Assembly: GCA_000934665.2 (NCBI GenBank)
Contig: KZ538489.1
Span: forward strand, 46,776-66,775
Length of the DNA: 20,000 bases
Direction: 5' to 3'
Source of the DNA: Catajapyx aquilonaris
Taxonomy: Eukaryota
A program made the position numbers and the translations under genes. Shown here piece by piece: positions 7,644 through 18,666 of this stretch; position 1 is the stretch's first letter, and the number at the start of each line of letters is the position of its first letter. The notes under the pieces were generated by a model. The model worked only from the letters and a program-made list of their open reading frames with translations, was not told the DNA's origin and ran no database searches.

Positions 7644-8660
7644 CAGAGTGCCAAAGATGCACATTTCTTCTCATATGCAGGCTTCTTACAACTTTCTAGG
7701 TTGAAATTACCCTAATTGATCTTGGAACTTTTGCCTTCATTGTGGAGATAATGGCTTGTTAAGTTTTGAATTGCCTTAAAGGTGCGTTCACATATACGCC
7801 ACTAAACACTTGCGAGCTTTTTTCAGGTTTTGCTTTTTCACGTCTTTTACGTCACGAATCGAGCGAATTTTTGGAAAATTATCTGGGCATTTTCGTATCC
7901 GCTATTCGAGAAAACTTACTCGCTAGTTATGGAGCATGCGCTGTGCAGCAGCGCAGGTAGGAGGGAGGACGGGGTCGGGGTTGGTGTGGGCAGGGGGAGG
8001 TCTTGGCTTAGAAAGATGGCGGAGCCCTGTGCTGTGGAGGCAGCCGGCATGGCAGTGAAAATGCTGCTGAACCGACCTCGGAAGGGCGTCCAGGTCACAG
8101 TGCACCAAGGGGGGCAAGAGCTGGACATGGTGCGGAGCCTGGCCGGGGCGGGAGTTTGCGACAAAAAAATAGGTAACTTCCGAGCTCGGGCATCCGCATT
8201 CCTAACATGGCCGAGGAAGGCCGACAAATCCGCGTAGCGGAGCTGGGTGGCTCGAACCAGTTCTAAAATTCGCTCGCGTCAAAAAAACGCTTCTATCTGG
8301 CCCTGCCAGAGGAGCGCGATTTTTAGTTTAGTCCCGTGAGTGACCAAAATTAGCTCGCGTCTAGGAGAAAAACGCCGATATGTGAATGCCTTTGGCCAGA
8401 CGCGAATTCGCTGAAAGCTGAAATTCGCTCGCTTTTGAGCAAAAACGCCTATATGTGAACGCACCTTAACATGATGGAGCTAGGGCTCATCCTGCACAAT
8501 TGTTGACCTGCTATGTGGTATGCAGGTTGACCCCCATCACCAGCTTGCTAAGGCAATTCAAAACTTAGCAAGTCATTATCTCTGTAATGGAGTTGAATTG
8601 TCCATTCAGAAATTAGTAAGAAACCTAAATCTGAAAAAACATGCACACCTTTGGCACCAT
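7644..8660. mobile_element. Older palindromic MITE interrupted by a Harbinger-type element
   Basis: gtgccaaagatgc (7648) vs cctttggcac (8657); gagataatggcttgttaagttttgaattgcctta (7745-7778) vs taaggcaattcaaaacttagcaagtcattatctc (8549-8582). Exact ends uncertain. Confidence 0.7.
7780..8466. mobile_element. Non-autonomous PIF/Harbinger-type element
   Basis: TAA|aggtgcgttcacatata ... tatatgtgaacgcacct|TAA (perfect 17-bp TIR, 3-bp TAA TSD); subterminal aaattcgctcgc repeats; CpG-rich interior. Confidence 0.85.
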
Positions 8661-10002
8661 CCTGCAGATGAGGGCCCCGCCTAGGAAACATTCCCGGTAT
8701 TCCAATAATTCAGCATTTGTATGCACATGCCAATAATAAAGGTTAGTGTGATATACTCCACAGAAAGGAAAGTGCTACCCAGAAAATTAATTAGGAGTGA
8801 AATTGGCCACAGGTATAACTAACCACATATGAATAGGTTTTGTGGTCATGTGTATCTCACTGCTAAAATTAAGAAAGTCAGGGTAAATAAAATATTTAGG
8901 GGGGGGGGGATAAAGAGAATTTGGAAGTAAAATTCTCACTAACTAACAACAGCAGAACCAAATTTTTGTGTGTGTAAGTGTAACTGACCTCTCCTCTCTC
9001 TTACACATGTTTGTAGTACTTTTTTCCATATTATTAATATAGTATTTTTAAAAGTGATTTGTATGCAGGAGTAATTTACACCGTCGTGAAATTTTAAGTG
9101 ATGTCGTAACAAGCACCCAAAAATGTGCAAAAAGTGGGTTCTCCTGTCCAATGAAGCCGATTTTTATGCTTAGCTATAACCTTTCGGCAAATAATAATTT
9201 GACTGATTTGAGAACTACTAGCAGTTGGGAGAACCCTAATTTTCATGGTTTTTATTGTGCCTCGAGGGAATGGTCAACCGTAAACACAACCCTTCTTTTA
9301 TGTAGGGAGGGTGGGCATCGAGTGTCTCCTCTTTCGACCAGAGTTGGAACTCGAAGAAGGTACAAATTCTCTTGCTCCCCAATACTAGCAATAAACTAGC
9401 AGAGGATTTATGTGCATTAAAATAAACTTTGATGGCCCCTAGGGCCTCGAGGGACTGTGACATGAATGGTCTAAATCATTGGACTCAGCATTTGTGCTCT
9501 TTCACGTCAACTACATTTGAATTAAAAGTAATGGGGTCACTAAATGTCCTCCCCTTATCACTGGGATTATTAAATAGCCCTTACTGAGGACGACAAAACA
9601 AAGACAAAGAAATCCAAATGTAATTAACTGCATATCGAGAACAAAAAAATACCAATAAGGCAGCAATATTATTATATTATTCTCATGACAGGATCCATGA
9701 TGCGGGGGAAACAATGGAGAGAAAAAAACAACTTTGGAACCAATCCATTAACATTTTAGGGAACCAAATTGAAAGTAGATTGGTTGGATGTTGATGTTCA
9801 CATCATCTCATTGCTAAACCCATCTCATAGGTCCAGTTGTGGAACTTTACTAGGCTGCTTTTAGTGAAACACAACAATGCCTTTCTGTAAACTGCAAATA
9901 TAATTTCACAATTTGTTAACCATCATTTTTTTTGATAGAATAAGACAGCGTGCTAATAATTTTCAACAAACGTGCCTTCATCACCGTCACCCCTTGAACA
10001 GC

Positions 10003-10532
10003 CTAGGTGCTCAGTACCTTCCAGTCAAATCTGTTGTTGTTTGAGTGGGTGACTGGTGGGCATGGTGGCTCTGCAAGTGTCCAACCAGGTACCTTTCCAC
10101 TAGTCCCATCACCTCCTGCATCTTCTAGCTTCTCCACTACAGCCAGGCTGCAGTAGGGAACCCTTTGGATCACCCTTATCAGCTCTGACAGCTTTCTAGG
10201 GTCTAGTCCCAGAAGCTGGCGAGTACATGTGTCCAAGGAAGCAGCATGACCCACCAAGAGTATGTTGCCTCCTTTAACTCCTTCTCCTTGGGTGGTCTTG
10301 ATGGCCCCCTGGGCCACATAGGAGCTGCGAAGGTAGTACTGCTCACAGCTCTCCTTCAGGTCTCGGAGCTCGTCCACAGTCACTAAGGGTTTGTAGGAAG
10401 GGTCCACATTGAATCCTGCCTCCTGCAGCTCAGGGATGGGCATGAACTGTGGGCACGAGTTATGGTACCAACCCATCCACTCAAACAAGCCTGGCTCGAT
10501 GCAGATCTGAAGTTTGTTTTCCAGGCCCATGG
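10003..10532 (-). CDS. UBASH3: UBASH3/Sts-family gene, last coding exon: C-terminal half of histidine phosphatase domain
   Basis: Acceptor cctcttcaacttcag|CC completes G+CC (Ala). Translation AMGLENKLQICIEPGLFEW..YYLRS..GNILLVGHAASLDTCTRQL..VPYCS..PPCPPVTHSNNNRFDWKVLST, stop TAG at 10005-10003; 530 nt = 2+528. Confidence 0.93.
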
Positions 10533-10799
10533 CTGAAGTTGAAGAGGATATAATAGTTATTTTATACAGTGTCATGCTACTTTTTTTAAGCGTATCTCTT
10601 TTAAAATTATTTGATCCAATTACAACAACATTCAAGTGCTAATGCTGTAATTTTCTGTAGATATTTAAAAACTGCTCTTTTTTCTACTTGAATTTATACA
10701 GCTTAAGATTTCTTGCTGACAATGAGGCAATGAAAATGGATCGCCGGAGTACTGTGGGTGATCCAAAACAGTGATACCACGCTGAGCCTTAATGGATTT

Positions 10800-11007
10800 A
10801 TGAAGGGATCATGATTTGTGGATGTCGTGGTCGTTCAGGCCCGTGTGACAACAGATCTGTAGAGGGTTCCCAAGATAAATTTTTGTAAATGTTTTCAGAA
10901 GCTTTACAAATGTTGTCAAAAGTGTGCTGTGTCTAATGGAGAGCACTTTGAAAGCGTCTGTTTTGTTGCTTTTATTGTAACATTCACCTAACTTTTTAGA
11001 CACACCA
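10800..11007 (+). pseudogene. Decayed mariner transposase C-terminal fragment with probable right end
   Basis: Reads KGS*FVDVVVVQARVTTDL*RVPKINFCKCFQKLYKCCQKCAVSNGEHFES, typical of mariner FQ.L..R..KC....G.YFEG; followed by a TIR-like aactttttagacacacc. Confidence 0.65.
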
Positions 11008-11319
11008 TATGTTCATGACTGTATTTTGACATAACTGCCAGCTAGTGTGAATATCTCTAATGAGATAATTATATCACATCATTGTACTGTTTTTCAACGC
11101 TTTAAAAATGGGTAAACCTATCCCATTTACATAATAATTATATTGGTCAGGGATGATCATTCATCTCTGTGAGTTCAGTGCAGTGAGTTACATATATAGC
11201 AATGGTAAACTCATGCAATGAGCTTTCCAAACAAAACTTGAAGGTGAATTCCCAGGGTGCAGTACCACAAAATTTACATGACTGACATGAATGTAAGCTA
11301 AATTCCAAAATACACTGTA

Positions 11320-12219
11320 CGAGGGGTTTTCAAGAAAAGACAGAACTTTTCCTATACAGACTCGATTGCTCAATTTGCAACATTTTAAGCACTGTCCCCT
11401 TCAAAGTAGTTCCCGCTACTGGCGATATACAGGTTTAAATTTTTTCTTCCATTGTTGGAATGCTTCCTAGAATGCACTTTCTGTGATGGCGCGCAGTGCT
11501 CTTGTCGCATTGTCCTGAATCGCCTCTATGGTTCGAAATGACGTCATTTCAAATTGGTTTTAAGTTTTGAATATAGCAAAAAGTCTGCTGGGGCTAAGTC
11601 CGGCCAATAGGGTAGATTGGCACAATGGATGTCAGATGTTTTGCCAGATAACTGATGACGAGGTGCGATGTCTGAGCCGGTGCAATGCCGCGGCGCAATA
11701 TCAAAGTCTGGCTTTCCCACAATTGAGGCCTTTCATGCGGACAGCATCCCTCAAACGCACTAAAACATTCTGGTACAACACTGTTTATCTGCCAATCTAA
11801 CAAAATGGTCCAAATTCATAAAGATAAATGCCTTTCCAATCCAAAAACACAACCAACATCACCTTGACCTTGGACTGACTGATCTGTGCCTCTTTTGGTC
11901 TAGGAGACCATTCCCAAGTATGCTTGGTAAAGCAATTGAAATGTCTCTGTAAAATGTTTACCTATTTTTTAGGAAAATTTCACACAAACGCGTTGTTTTT
12001 CAAGCTCTCGCATTTTAACTTTCTCACTAATTCGACGAACAGCTCGTCCAAGTGCTCACTTAAGTGGATGTATCTCGATGACCAATGGTCATAGCGGAAC
12101 ATGGCAAATGGAAATTTGTTGTCAAGACATGTGGCTAGGTGCTGTCAGTAGCTGCAATATGCTCTTTGTGCCGGTTGATGACTATTTAAAAAGTTCGGTA
12201 TTTTTTTGAACACCTCTCA
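11320..12219 (-). mobile_element. Internally deleted mariner element (~900 bp), transposase pseudogene
   Basis: TIRs ta|cgaggggttttcaagaaaagacagaactttt and aaaagttcggtatttttttgaacacctctca. Minus strand: MRELEKQRVCVKF..ETFQLLYQAY fused directly to PRPKEAQISQSKVKVMLVVFLDWKG..RPQLW..YWPDLAPADF..EAFQQWKK..GNYFEGDSA*, with stops and frameshifts. Confidence 0.9.
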
Positions 12220-12268
12220 CATATATGTAACACCTCCAAGGATTGGTTTTCCCATGCACCATGATAAC

Positions 12269-12456
12269 TGAAGGGTTTGGGAGAAGGTGATAACCCTCAA
12301 ATGGGTCGTAATTGAGTTATCACCTTCTTCTCCCGAACCCTTATTATCCCTCTTCCTTTTTTGGACATATGGATAACAATAGGGTTCGGGAGAAGAAGGT
12401 GATAACTCAATTACGACCCATTTGAGGGTTATCACCTTCTTCTCCCAAACCCTTCA
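12269..12456. repeat. Near-perfect palindrome of palindromes (probable MITE)
   Basis: Unit gggtt(t/c)gggaga(aga)aggtgataac occurs 4 times in alternating orientation; the two ~80-bp halves are near-perfect reverse complements. Confidence 0.88.
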
Positions 12457-12784
12457 TTACTGATAAGAGATTGTTCTTGATAATGTTTAACAAAAAAGAA
12501 AAAATCTCAACTCTTTACCTACTCCAAGTTGTGAAATTGTAGGTTTGCAAAGAATGCTAACAAATTAGAAAATAGCGTCAGCATACAAGTGAAACACATT
12601 ACGTCCAATTTTGGTGGTTTTGACTTACATCACTAAGTAGCATTTTAAAATGCTCTAACCCTCCATGAAGTCCATTAGTCCTAAATGTTGATAATGAGTC
12701 AGGAAGTCAGAATTTTCTGTCTCCTCTAGCATATAAACAAATGCAAGGTCAAATCTTTGCCGTATTCAAATATCTTGAAACTGT

Positions 12785-13092
12785 GCGGGGAGACGGAGTG
12801 CCCGGGTTCAATCCCCACCCGGGATTCCCACCTTCTTTCGTGCAGAGTTGGGCCATCTCTGGCTTCGTTTCGGGTGGCAATTTCCGGCAGACTAAGCCAC
12901 CCGGGGGAGTTCACAAAATGACGATTAGAGACATTGCACTTGCACATTGCACATCCCCTCCCACCCACCCTTGGAGCATACTAATTAAGATTCTTCTTAA
13001 ACTTGCTCCAAAACAAATTCCAAAGGTGGCAACCCACCCCCCCTAAGGAGTAGTATAACTCCCCCCGTGGGGTAATGAAAAAAAAAAAAAAA
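12785..13092 (+). mobile_element. tRNA-derived SINE, family B, copy B3 (head internally deleted)
   Basis: TSD atcttgaaactgt 12772-12784 / 13093-13105; poly-A tail; body matches B1 and B2; ~36 nt missing between cggagtg and cccgggttc. Confidence 0.9.
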
Positions 13093-13637
13093 ATCTTGAA
13101 ACTGTTTTTTTGGATTTAGTGCGTTCCACTTGTAATCCTACGATCTGCAAGATTTCTACTGCATTTGGCTCCAGGCAGATTTTTTGTGGAAAAGGTACAA
13201 AATTGTGCCAATAAAAATATTGTACTTTCAAAAGAGTGACAATTAACTGAGTCATAATGCTGCAAATGTGCAAATTTTTTCAATGCCTAAGGACTGCAGG
13301 AGTTAGCTAGAATGGACAGCAATTTCAGGTTGAATTTTTACAGCAATGTTAGATGAAGCCCAATTTTTAGAAGTGCATGCTATTCTTTAAAAACCCAATT
13401 TTCACCAAATCAACAACTGTGTAATACAGTATGTTCAGCACAGAGTAGGCATGGGGCATTACGATGGGAAACCTCATTAGTATCATTAAATGTTAATTTA
13501 CATAAACAAGATGAAACTCAAAAAATTGGCCTCATTTACCATTGCTACAAAAACTACAACAAAATTTTCTGCACTTTCCAATCTCTTCATGCTACCTTTT
13601 GAAGTGGCAAATTAGCAATACAGGATGTTTCTTACTG

Positions 13638-14501
13638 CAAGGCGCATTCAGTAAGTAAGTTCCTTTTTTGTGTTCGAAAAACCACAATGTACCCCCAGAA
13701 TTTTTATTTGCACATCTGAAATCAACAACTGTCTACTTTTTTTCAAAACAGTTTCCAGCCAAATCAAGGCATTTTTCATCGAGTTATGCACAATTTTGTA
13801 TGCGTATGTCATAGAAGTCTGCCGCCAGCTATTTCAGCGACCCCTGAACGCTGGATTTCAATTCTTCTTCATTGTCAACCTTTGGCTTTGCAAGCCATTT
13901 CTTCCTGTCCATGGACAGGTGGTAATTGCTAGGCTCTAAATCCCAGGTGATCGAACAATTCTCACTTGAATTGTTGTGGCCGGGTTCCAGTATGTAAGAC
14001 AGAAGGCAGGCGGGCACTGTCGTGCAAGAAAACACCATGAAACTCAATGCTGCTAAGTTTGATCAATCCAAAGGTTTATTGTGAGACATTACAGAAGTTG
14101 AGGATGGGCATTCACAAGGAATGTATCAGTATATTGAGTTTCGTGGTGTTTTCTTGCACGACAATGCCCGCCTGCCTACTATCTTACATACTGGAACCCT
14201 GCCGCAACAATTCAAGTGAAAATTGTTCGATCACCCGGGATTTAGAGCCTAGCGATTACCACCTGTCCATGGACAGGAAGAAATGGCTTGCAAAGCAGAA
14301 GGTTGACGATGAAGAAGAATTGAAATCCAGCGTTAAGGGGTTGCAGAAATAGCTGGCGGCAGACTTCTATGACATAGGCATACAAAATCGTGTGTAACTC
14401 AATGAAAAATGCCTCGATCTGGCTGGAAACTATTTTGAAAAAAAGTAGGCATTGTGGTTTTTCTAATTAAAAAATGGAACTTACTTTCTGGATGCGCCTC
14501 G
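13638..14501. mobile_element. Mariner foldback MITE: two inverted copies of the transposase 3' end
   Basis: Ends caaggcgcattcagtaagtaagttcc / ggaacttactttctggatgcgcctcg|ta. Arms ~13730-14050 and ~14130-14450. Plus arm reads YCETLQKLR..VFLHDNAR..LFDHP/DLEPSDYHL..KKWLAKQKVDDEEELK..LAADFYDIGIQ..KCLDLAGNYFEK. Confidence 0.92.
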
Positions 14502-14619
14502 TATTATGTCGTCCAGCTGGTAGTGCAGTCATTGGTATAAAAAAAAGTCAGTAATGTAGTGGTGAGAAATATCAAGGGACCAAACACATTGGACAGAAGG
14601 TGCCCCTAGACACACAGCA

Positions 14620-14800
14620 ACACAGCACCTTTTTGTAGGGAGCATGATATGAGCGTGATAATCATTGCTCTGAAAGAGGTGATCTGGAAAAATCCCCTGA
14701 GTAATGATTATTACCACCCTCACATCCTGCTCCCTAGGCAACCACTACATGTATGTGGGTCCACCTGCCAAGCGATCTTCCTACGAAAATGTGCTGTGTG
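14620..14800. repeat. Decayed palindromic MITE-like sequence
   Basis: gtgataatcattgctc / gagtaatgattattac; tagggagcatgatatgag / ctcacatcctgctcccta; acacagcacctttttgtagg / cctacgaaaatgtgctgtgt. Confidence 0.5.
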
Positions 14801-14953
14801 TGTTGTCACATCTGCTCAGTTGATTATCCCTTTTTTGCAACTCTAGCAATCACTATTATGCAACCTTTTCCACCAAAAATCTTCACATCAGGAGTCAAAC
14901 AGGTGTCTTACAAATCTCTTATTGATTAGCATTCTGTGCAATAAGTTGTTTAA

Positions 14954-15808
14954 TCCTAATAAGATGGGCCGTTTTTTCACGTTTTTGCAAGAATCTACAA
15001 AAAAATCGCTTGGGTTATCATTTGAGGGACCGTACGTGACTAATCTAGTGAGTAACATCGTGTAGTTTCTAGGCTTGATTCTGATTCTATTTATGGGACC
15101 CTCTTGGCATACCATGCGGAGATTTAAATTCTGAAAAGTCTCAACAGATGCCGCAGGGGTGCGTTTCGCGCCTACATATTTTTTTCTCCAATTTTTTGTC
15201 ACTCCTGGGCTGACAAGAAGTGGATGGATGTGTCGCGCTGGTGCTACTGAACAGACCAGTATGCATGAATAATACGTCACAGGACAGGCATGCCAACACG
15301 AGGGACAAATATACAACCCCCACCCGAGTGTAAACCTCACTCGCTCCACAGCTGTTCAAAAGCCCCGCGGGGCATGAGCCCCTCCATCCTGGCGGAGGCC
15401 GGCCGGGAGTTGCTCAGTGGCCCGCCAGCCGCTAATTGTCATTTATGAACATTACTTATTTATTTTAAAACTATTGAATTCTCTTTTGTACTAATTTTAG
15501 GGTGGAATCTCTCAAGGAGGTTTGGGAGCAACTCTGAATGCCAAAATTTGCCAGCCAACATGATAATTTTTTGGGAGGGAGGAGTTTTTTTTTCATCAGC
15601 TGCAAAAAGATGATGTCATTTAAGTTAATCTGGTTAATCTGATTTATTTATGCAAGATTTTGTAGTCCAAAATTCGCGATTTTTTACGCGAGAGAAAATA
15701 AAAAAAGCACACAGAAACTACGTTACATAGTCGGAAAACGCTATAGTTTCGCCAGCAGAATTTTTTAAAGCCAGCGTATCAGCATATGATACGCCCATCT
15801 TATTAGGG
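14954..15808. mobile_element. Non-autonomous piggyBac-type element
   Basis: TTAA|tcctaataagatgggc ... gcccatcttattaggg|TTAA (15/16-bp TIR; TTAA at 14950-14953 and 15809-15812). Confidence 0.85.
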
Positions 15809-16495
15809 TTAAAGTATAAAATCATTACAGAAGGTGCTAGAAATATGTAATAATTACATAAATTTCTCAGTAGACTGATGATACAAAATTTTTAGACCAG
15901 CATACATACTGACTGCAAATTCCAGGGATAAGTAAAGTCAGGTCGAGAGCAAGTCAAGGTTGAACCCAAGGTCAAGTTGGATCCATAAGCTTAATGAAAA
16001 AGAGGAGTGACCTTAGGCCCGGACATGGCATATCCATTCCCAAAAATGACCAAAAATCCATTAGGTGCATGGGCCTTCAGGTTGCATTTTGTTCATAAAA
16101 TCTGTCATATCCTTTCAAATGGATTATTATTATTAAAATGTGCAACCAGTAATGCACACGCATCAATTTCCTTACATGTCATATTAGTCAACAATGTGAG
16201 CCTCTAAAATTTGGATGCTAGTCACCTTTCTAAAAAAATTGCAATTATGGAGTTCTCTCTTATTTATATGGTCATTTAAAATTCTAACAACTACAAATTC
16301 ACACCTTTCACATCTGGATTTTTACATCTCACAAAAGATGCAGGAAAACACTGAGTTTAACTTCCCTATAGGTTAACCATCAGTTTTCACTCGGTCCTAA
16401 ATACTTAAGTGCAGAGAAGAATCATTAATTACCAGAGAAATTTAATGGTGACAATTATTAATAGCATTCCCATGCTTTGGCAGGCCCTGACTTAC

Positions 16496-17037
16496 CCTTG
16501 AGAATGTGGTGGCAGGTTTGAACACAGCGAAGGGATGGTGAAGAAAGCACATGGTCAACCCTTACACCACTTCCCTTCATCCCCTCTCCTGTGATAGTGG
16601 CCTGTAGCACTCCAAGCCTGGTGAGTGGAGAGTCATTGATGAAACTAGATGGCCCTCCAGTTCGCCTTGGAACACTCTCCGGCATGTTCAAGTCACGGCG
16701 TACATAGGTTCCATCCTGATCAAAGCTGTATGGAATCCACGTCCCAAAGGTCAAATCCACACGCTCAGCATGGCGAACTACAATGACCTGACGAGGACCT
16801 GAAGGTGGAGGGGAAGGGGATTCACCATTGCTAGCAGCTGACTCAGCCAGCTGGCGTTCCTCCTGAGCCAGTTGGTCTCCCAGTTGGCGTTTGCCAGTCC
16901 GTGGGGTGCGTTGCTGGGGAAGTGTGGGTAGGGTTGGAGATGGGGAGGGAGTGGTTGAGGTAGGGGGACGGCGAGTCAAGCCAGATGACAGATTGGTCAG
17001 GTCATCCATCTCATCACTATTGGAAAGTGCTAGAACT
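16496..17037 (-). CDS. UBASH3: UBASH3/Sts-family gene, exon: Pro/Ser/Thr-rich linker + N-terminal half of histidine phosphatase (PGM-like) domain
   Basis: Acceptor ttttccttgttgcag|A completes the AG+A Arg codon from the previous exon. Translation includes [33 protein letters not shown]. Donor AAG G|gtaagt at 16496/16495; 542 nt = 1+540+1. Confidence 0.93.
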
Positions 17038-17426
17038 CTGCAACAAGGAAAAGAGGGAGATAATAATCATACCATACTGATTATTACAAAATTGATAATA
17101 TTGTAATTACACAAAATAACTTTTCAATAAAGTTGCCATTTCTCTGAATACGTTCACATTGTAGGACTACAACACTCATCAATGAATGTGATTCCCTCTT
17201 GAAGAAAAACTACAAGTTAAGATTACACCATAAATATTCTCTATTTACTTGAAGCCTTTCATATCTGCACACACATTATAATGCACATCGAGAAGAAACA
17301 CATTATCTCCTCTTTGAAGGTCAAGCAAGTCTCCTAAATGATGTCACAAGGAAAAAAAACCTGGGCTACCTGTCCACATTCATTTGGTGCTTGTAAGTTG
17401 GCATAAATCTCAGCAAGAGTGTGACC

Positions 17427-17719
17427 CAGCCCCCTGGCACAAATACTATACGGTAGTTTAATATAAAAGGCTCCACTAGGTCAGGAATTTGGCGCTGGTG
17501 TGCCTCCACAGCCGGCTACCGCTGCTAGCCACCCGAATCCTAATCTGCGAATGCCCTCCAAGGAAAGAACGGTTTGGGTTGGTTCTGAAGGCGGCTAACC
17601 CGAACCGACCCCCCAGTAGCCGGCTGTGGGGTGCACCAGTGCCAAATTCCCCGCCTAGCGGAGCCATTTATATTAAACAACCTTCAACACAGGGCTCGGC
17701 TGGATGGGCCAGGGGGCTG
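17427..17719. mobile_element. hAT-type MITE (CAGCCCCC family), uninterrupted copy
   Basis: 8-bp TSD gtgtgacc 17419-17426 / 17720-17727; TIR cagccccctggc / gccagggggctg; inverted homolog of 5823-6454. Confidence 0.9.
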
Positions 17720-17779
17720 GTGTGACCTATAACAGCATAAAATTTGGCACTGCCTTGATATTAGAAAAGAGTTATCTAC

Positions 17780-18338
17780 CATGGGTGGAATTTTTGTCCC
17801 ACTGCTAGTTACTGCTAACTTAGCAGTGCCAGTGTTGGCAATATACAGGGTGAAGGGAAACATGCACCAAATCGCCAGGTCGACTGAGAGTACTCGCAAA
17901 CTAATATAGGGACGTGTAATTAGTTTTTGGCTCCGTTGCCTAGTTAATGCGTACGGCGTCTTTACAGTGTAAAGGGCTGGATGGTAAAATATGAGGTAAA
18001 AATGACAAGTGCACGGGTGTCATACCCGAATCGGATTCTTACTTTGACCGGATTTGATCACCTATTGCACATGGACGATGTGTTATGGACCCAAGGCTGG
18101 ATTGTTTGGACGCCCTCAAGCTAGCTTTTGCTTCTCTGTAGCTGGCAGAATGGATGTGACGTCACGAAACTTTGACGGCGCCATATGCATTATCTATGCA
18201 ACAGCGCCCAAAACTAATTGCACATCCCTATATTAGTTTTGCGAGTACTATCAGTCTACCTGGCGATTGTCCGCGAGTTTCCCTTCACCCTGTATATGGT
18301 ACTGCTAACTTAGCAGTGGGACAAAAATCGACCCCATG
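17780..18338. mobile_element. Short palindromic MITE (superfamily unclear) interrupted by a mariner-type MITE
   Basis: catgggtggaatttttgtcccactgcta vs tagcagtgggacaaaaatcgaccccatg; internal actgctaacttagcagt palindromes on both sides. Confidence 0.7.
17846..18292. mobile_element. Tc1/mariner-type MITE with ~90-bp TIRs
   Basis: TA|cagggtgaagggaaac ... gtttcccttcaccctg|TA; arms include agtactcgcaaactaatataggga / tccctatattagttttgcgagtact. Confidence 0.88.
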
Positions 18339-18666
18339 TCTCCAGTAAACTTGCTGGAGCCTTGTGACATTCAGTGTGTTCCAGTGTTTGTTTCAGTACA
18401 GTGTTTGTTATCACTTTCGCCCTAATCTGTTATTTTTGTGTAGCTTTCTGTGCTCCGATCGGGGTGCTCAATTATATCACCAACTGCTGCTATATTCAAC
18501 ACCCCTGGGCATAATTGGGAATCTCGTTCAGGCCACAAAGAGAGGTACAAAAAGCAACACAAAAATAACAACTTCACATGAAATTTGAGACAATTAAAAG
18601 GACCTGGATACTTGGAACAGACTGCATATGATCTCCATCAACCTGGCTACCTATATATGTTTCATG

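Noticed and set aside
8660..8695. ctgcagatgagggccccgcctaggaaac resembling a hammerhead core
   Set aside because: Core mismatch (CTGCAGA) and no convincing stems I/III.
9251..9256. AATAAA on the minus strand ~750 nt after the stop codon
   Set aside because: Plausible poly(A) signal but unsupported without transcript data in AT-rich DNA.
10533..10635. N-terminal extensions of the ORF-track frames (also 19403-19433 and the tail 16458-16495)
   Set aside because: Intronic: they lie outside canonical, phase-matching splice sites.
12269..12456. Repeat-spacer pattern suggestive of CRISPR
   Set aside because: Repeats are inverted, the spacers are reverse complements of each other, the context is eukaryotic and there are no cas genes.
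18065..18225. Two further ATTGCAC heptamers inside the mariner-type MITE
   Set aside because: About two chance hits are expected per 20 kb on both strands; not in a SINE or hairpin-loop context.
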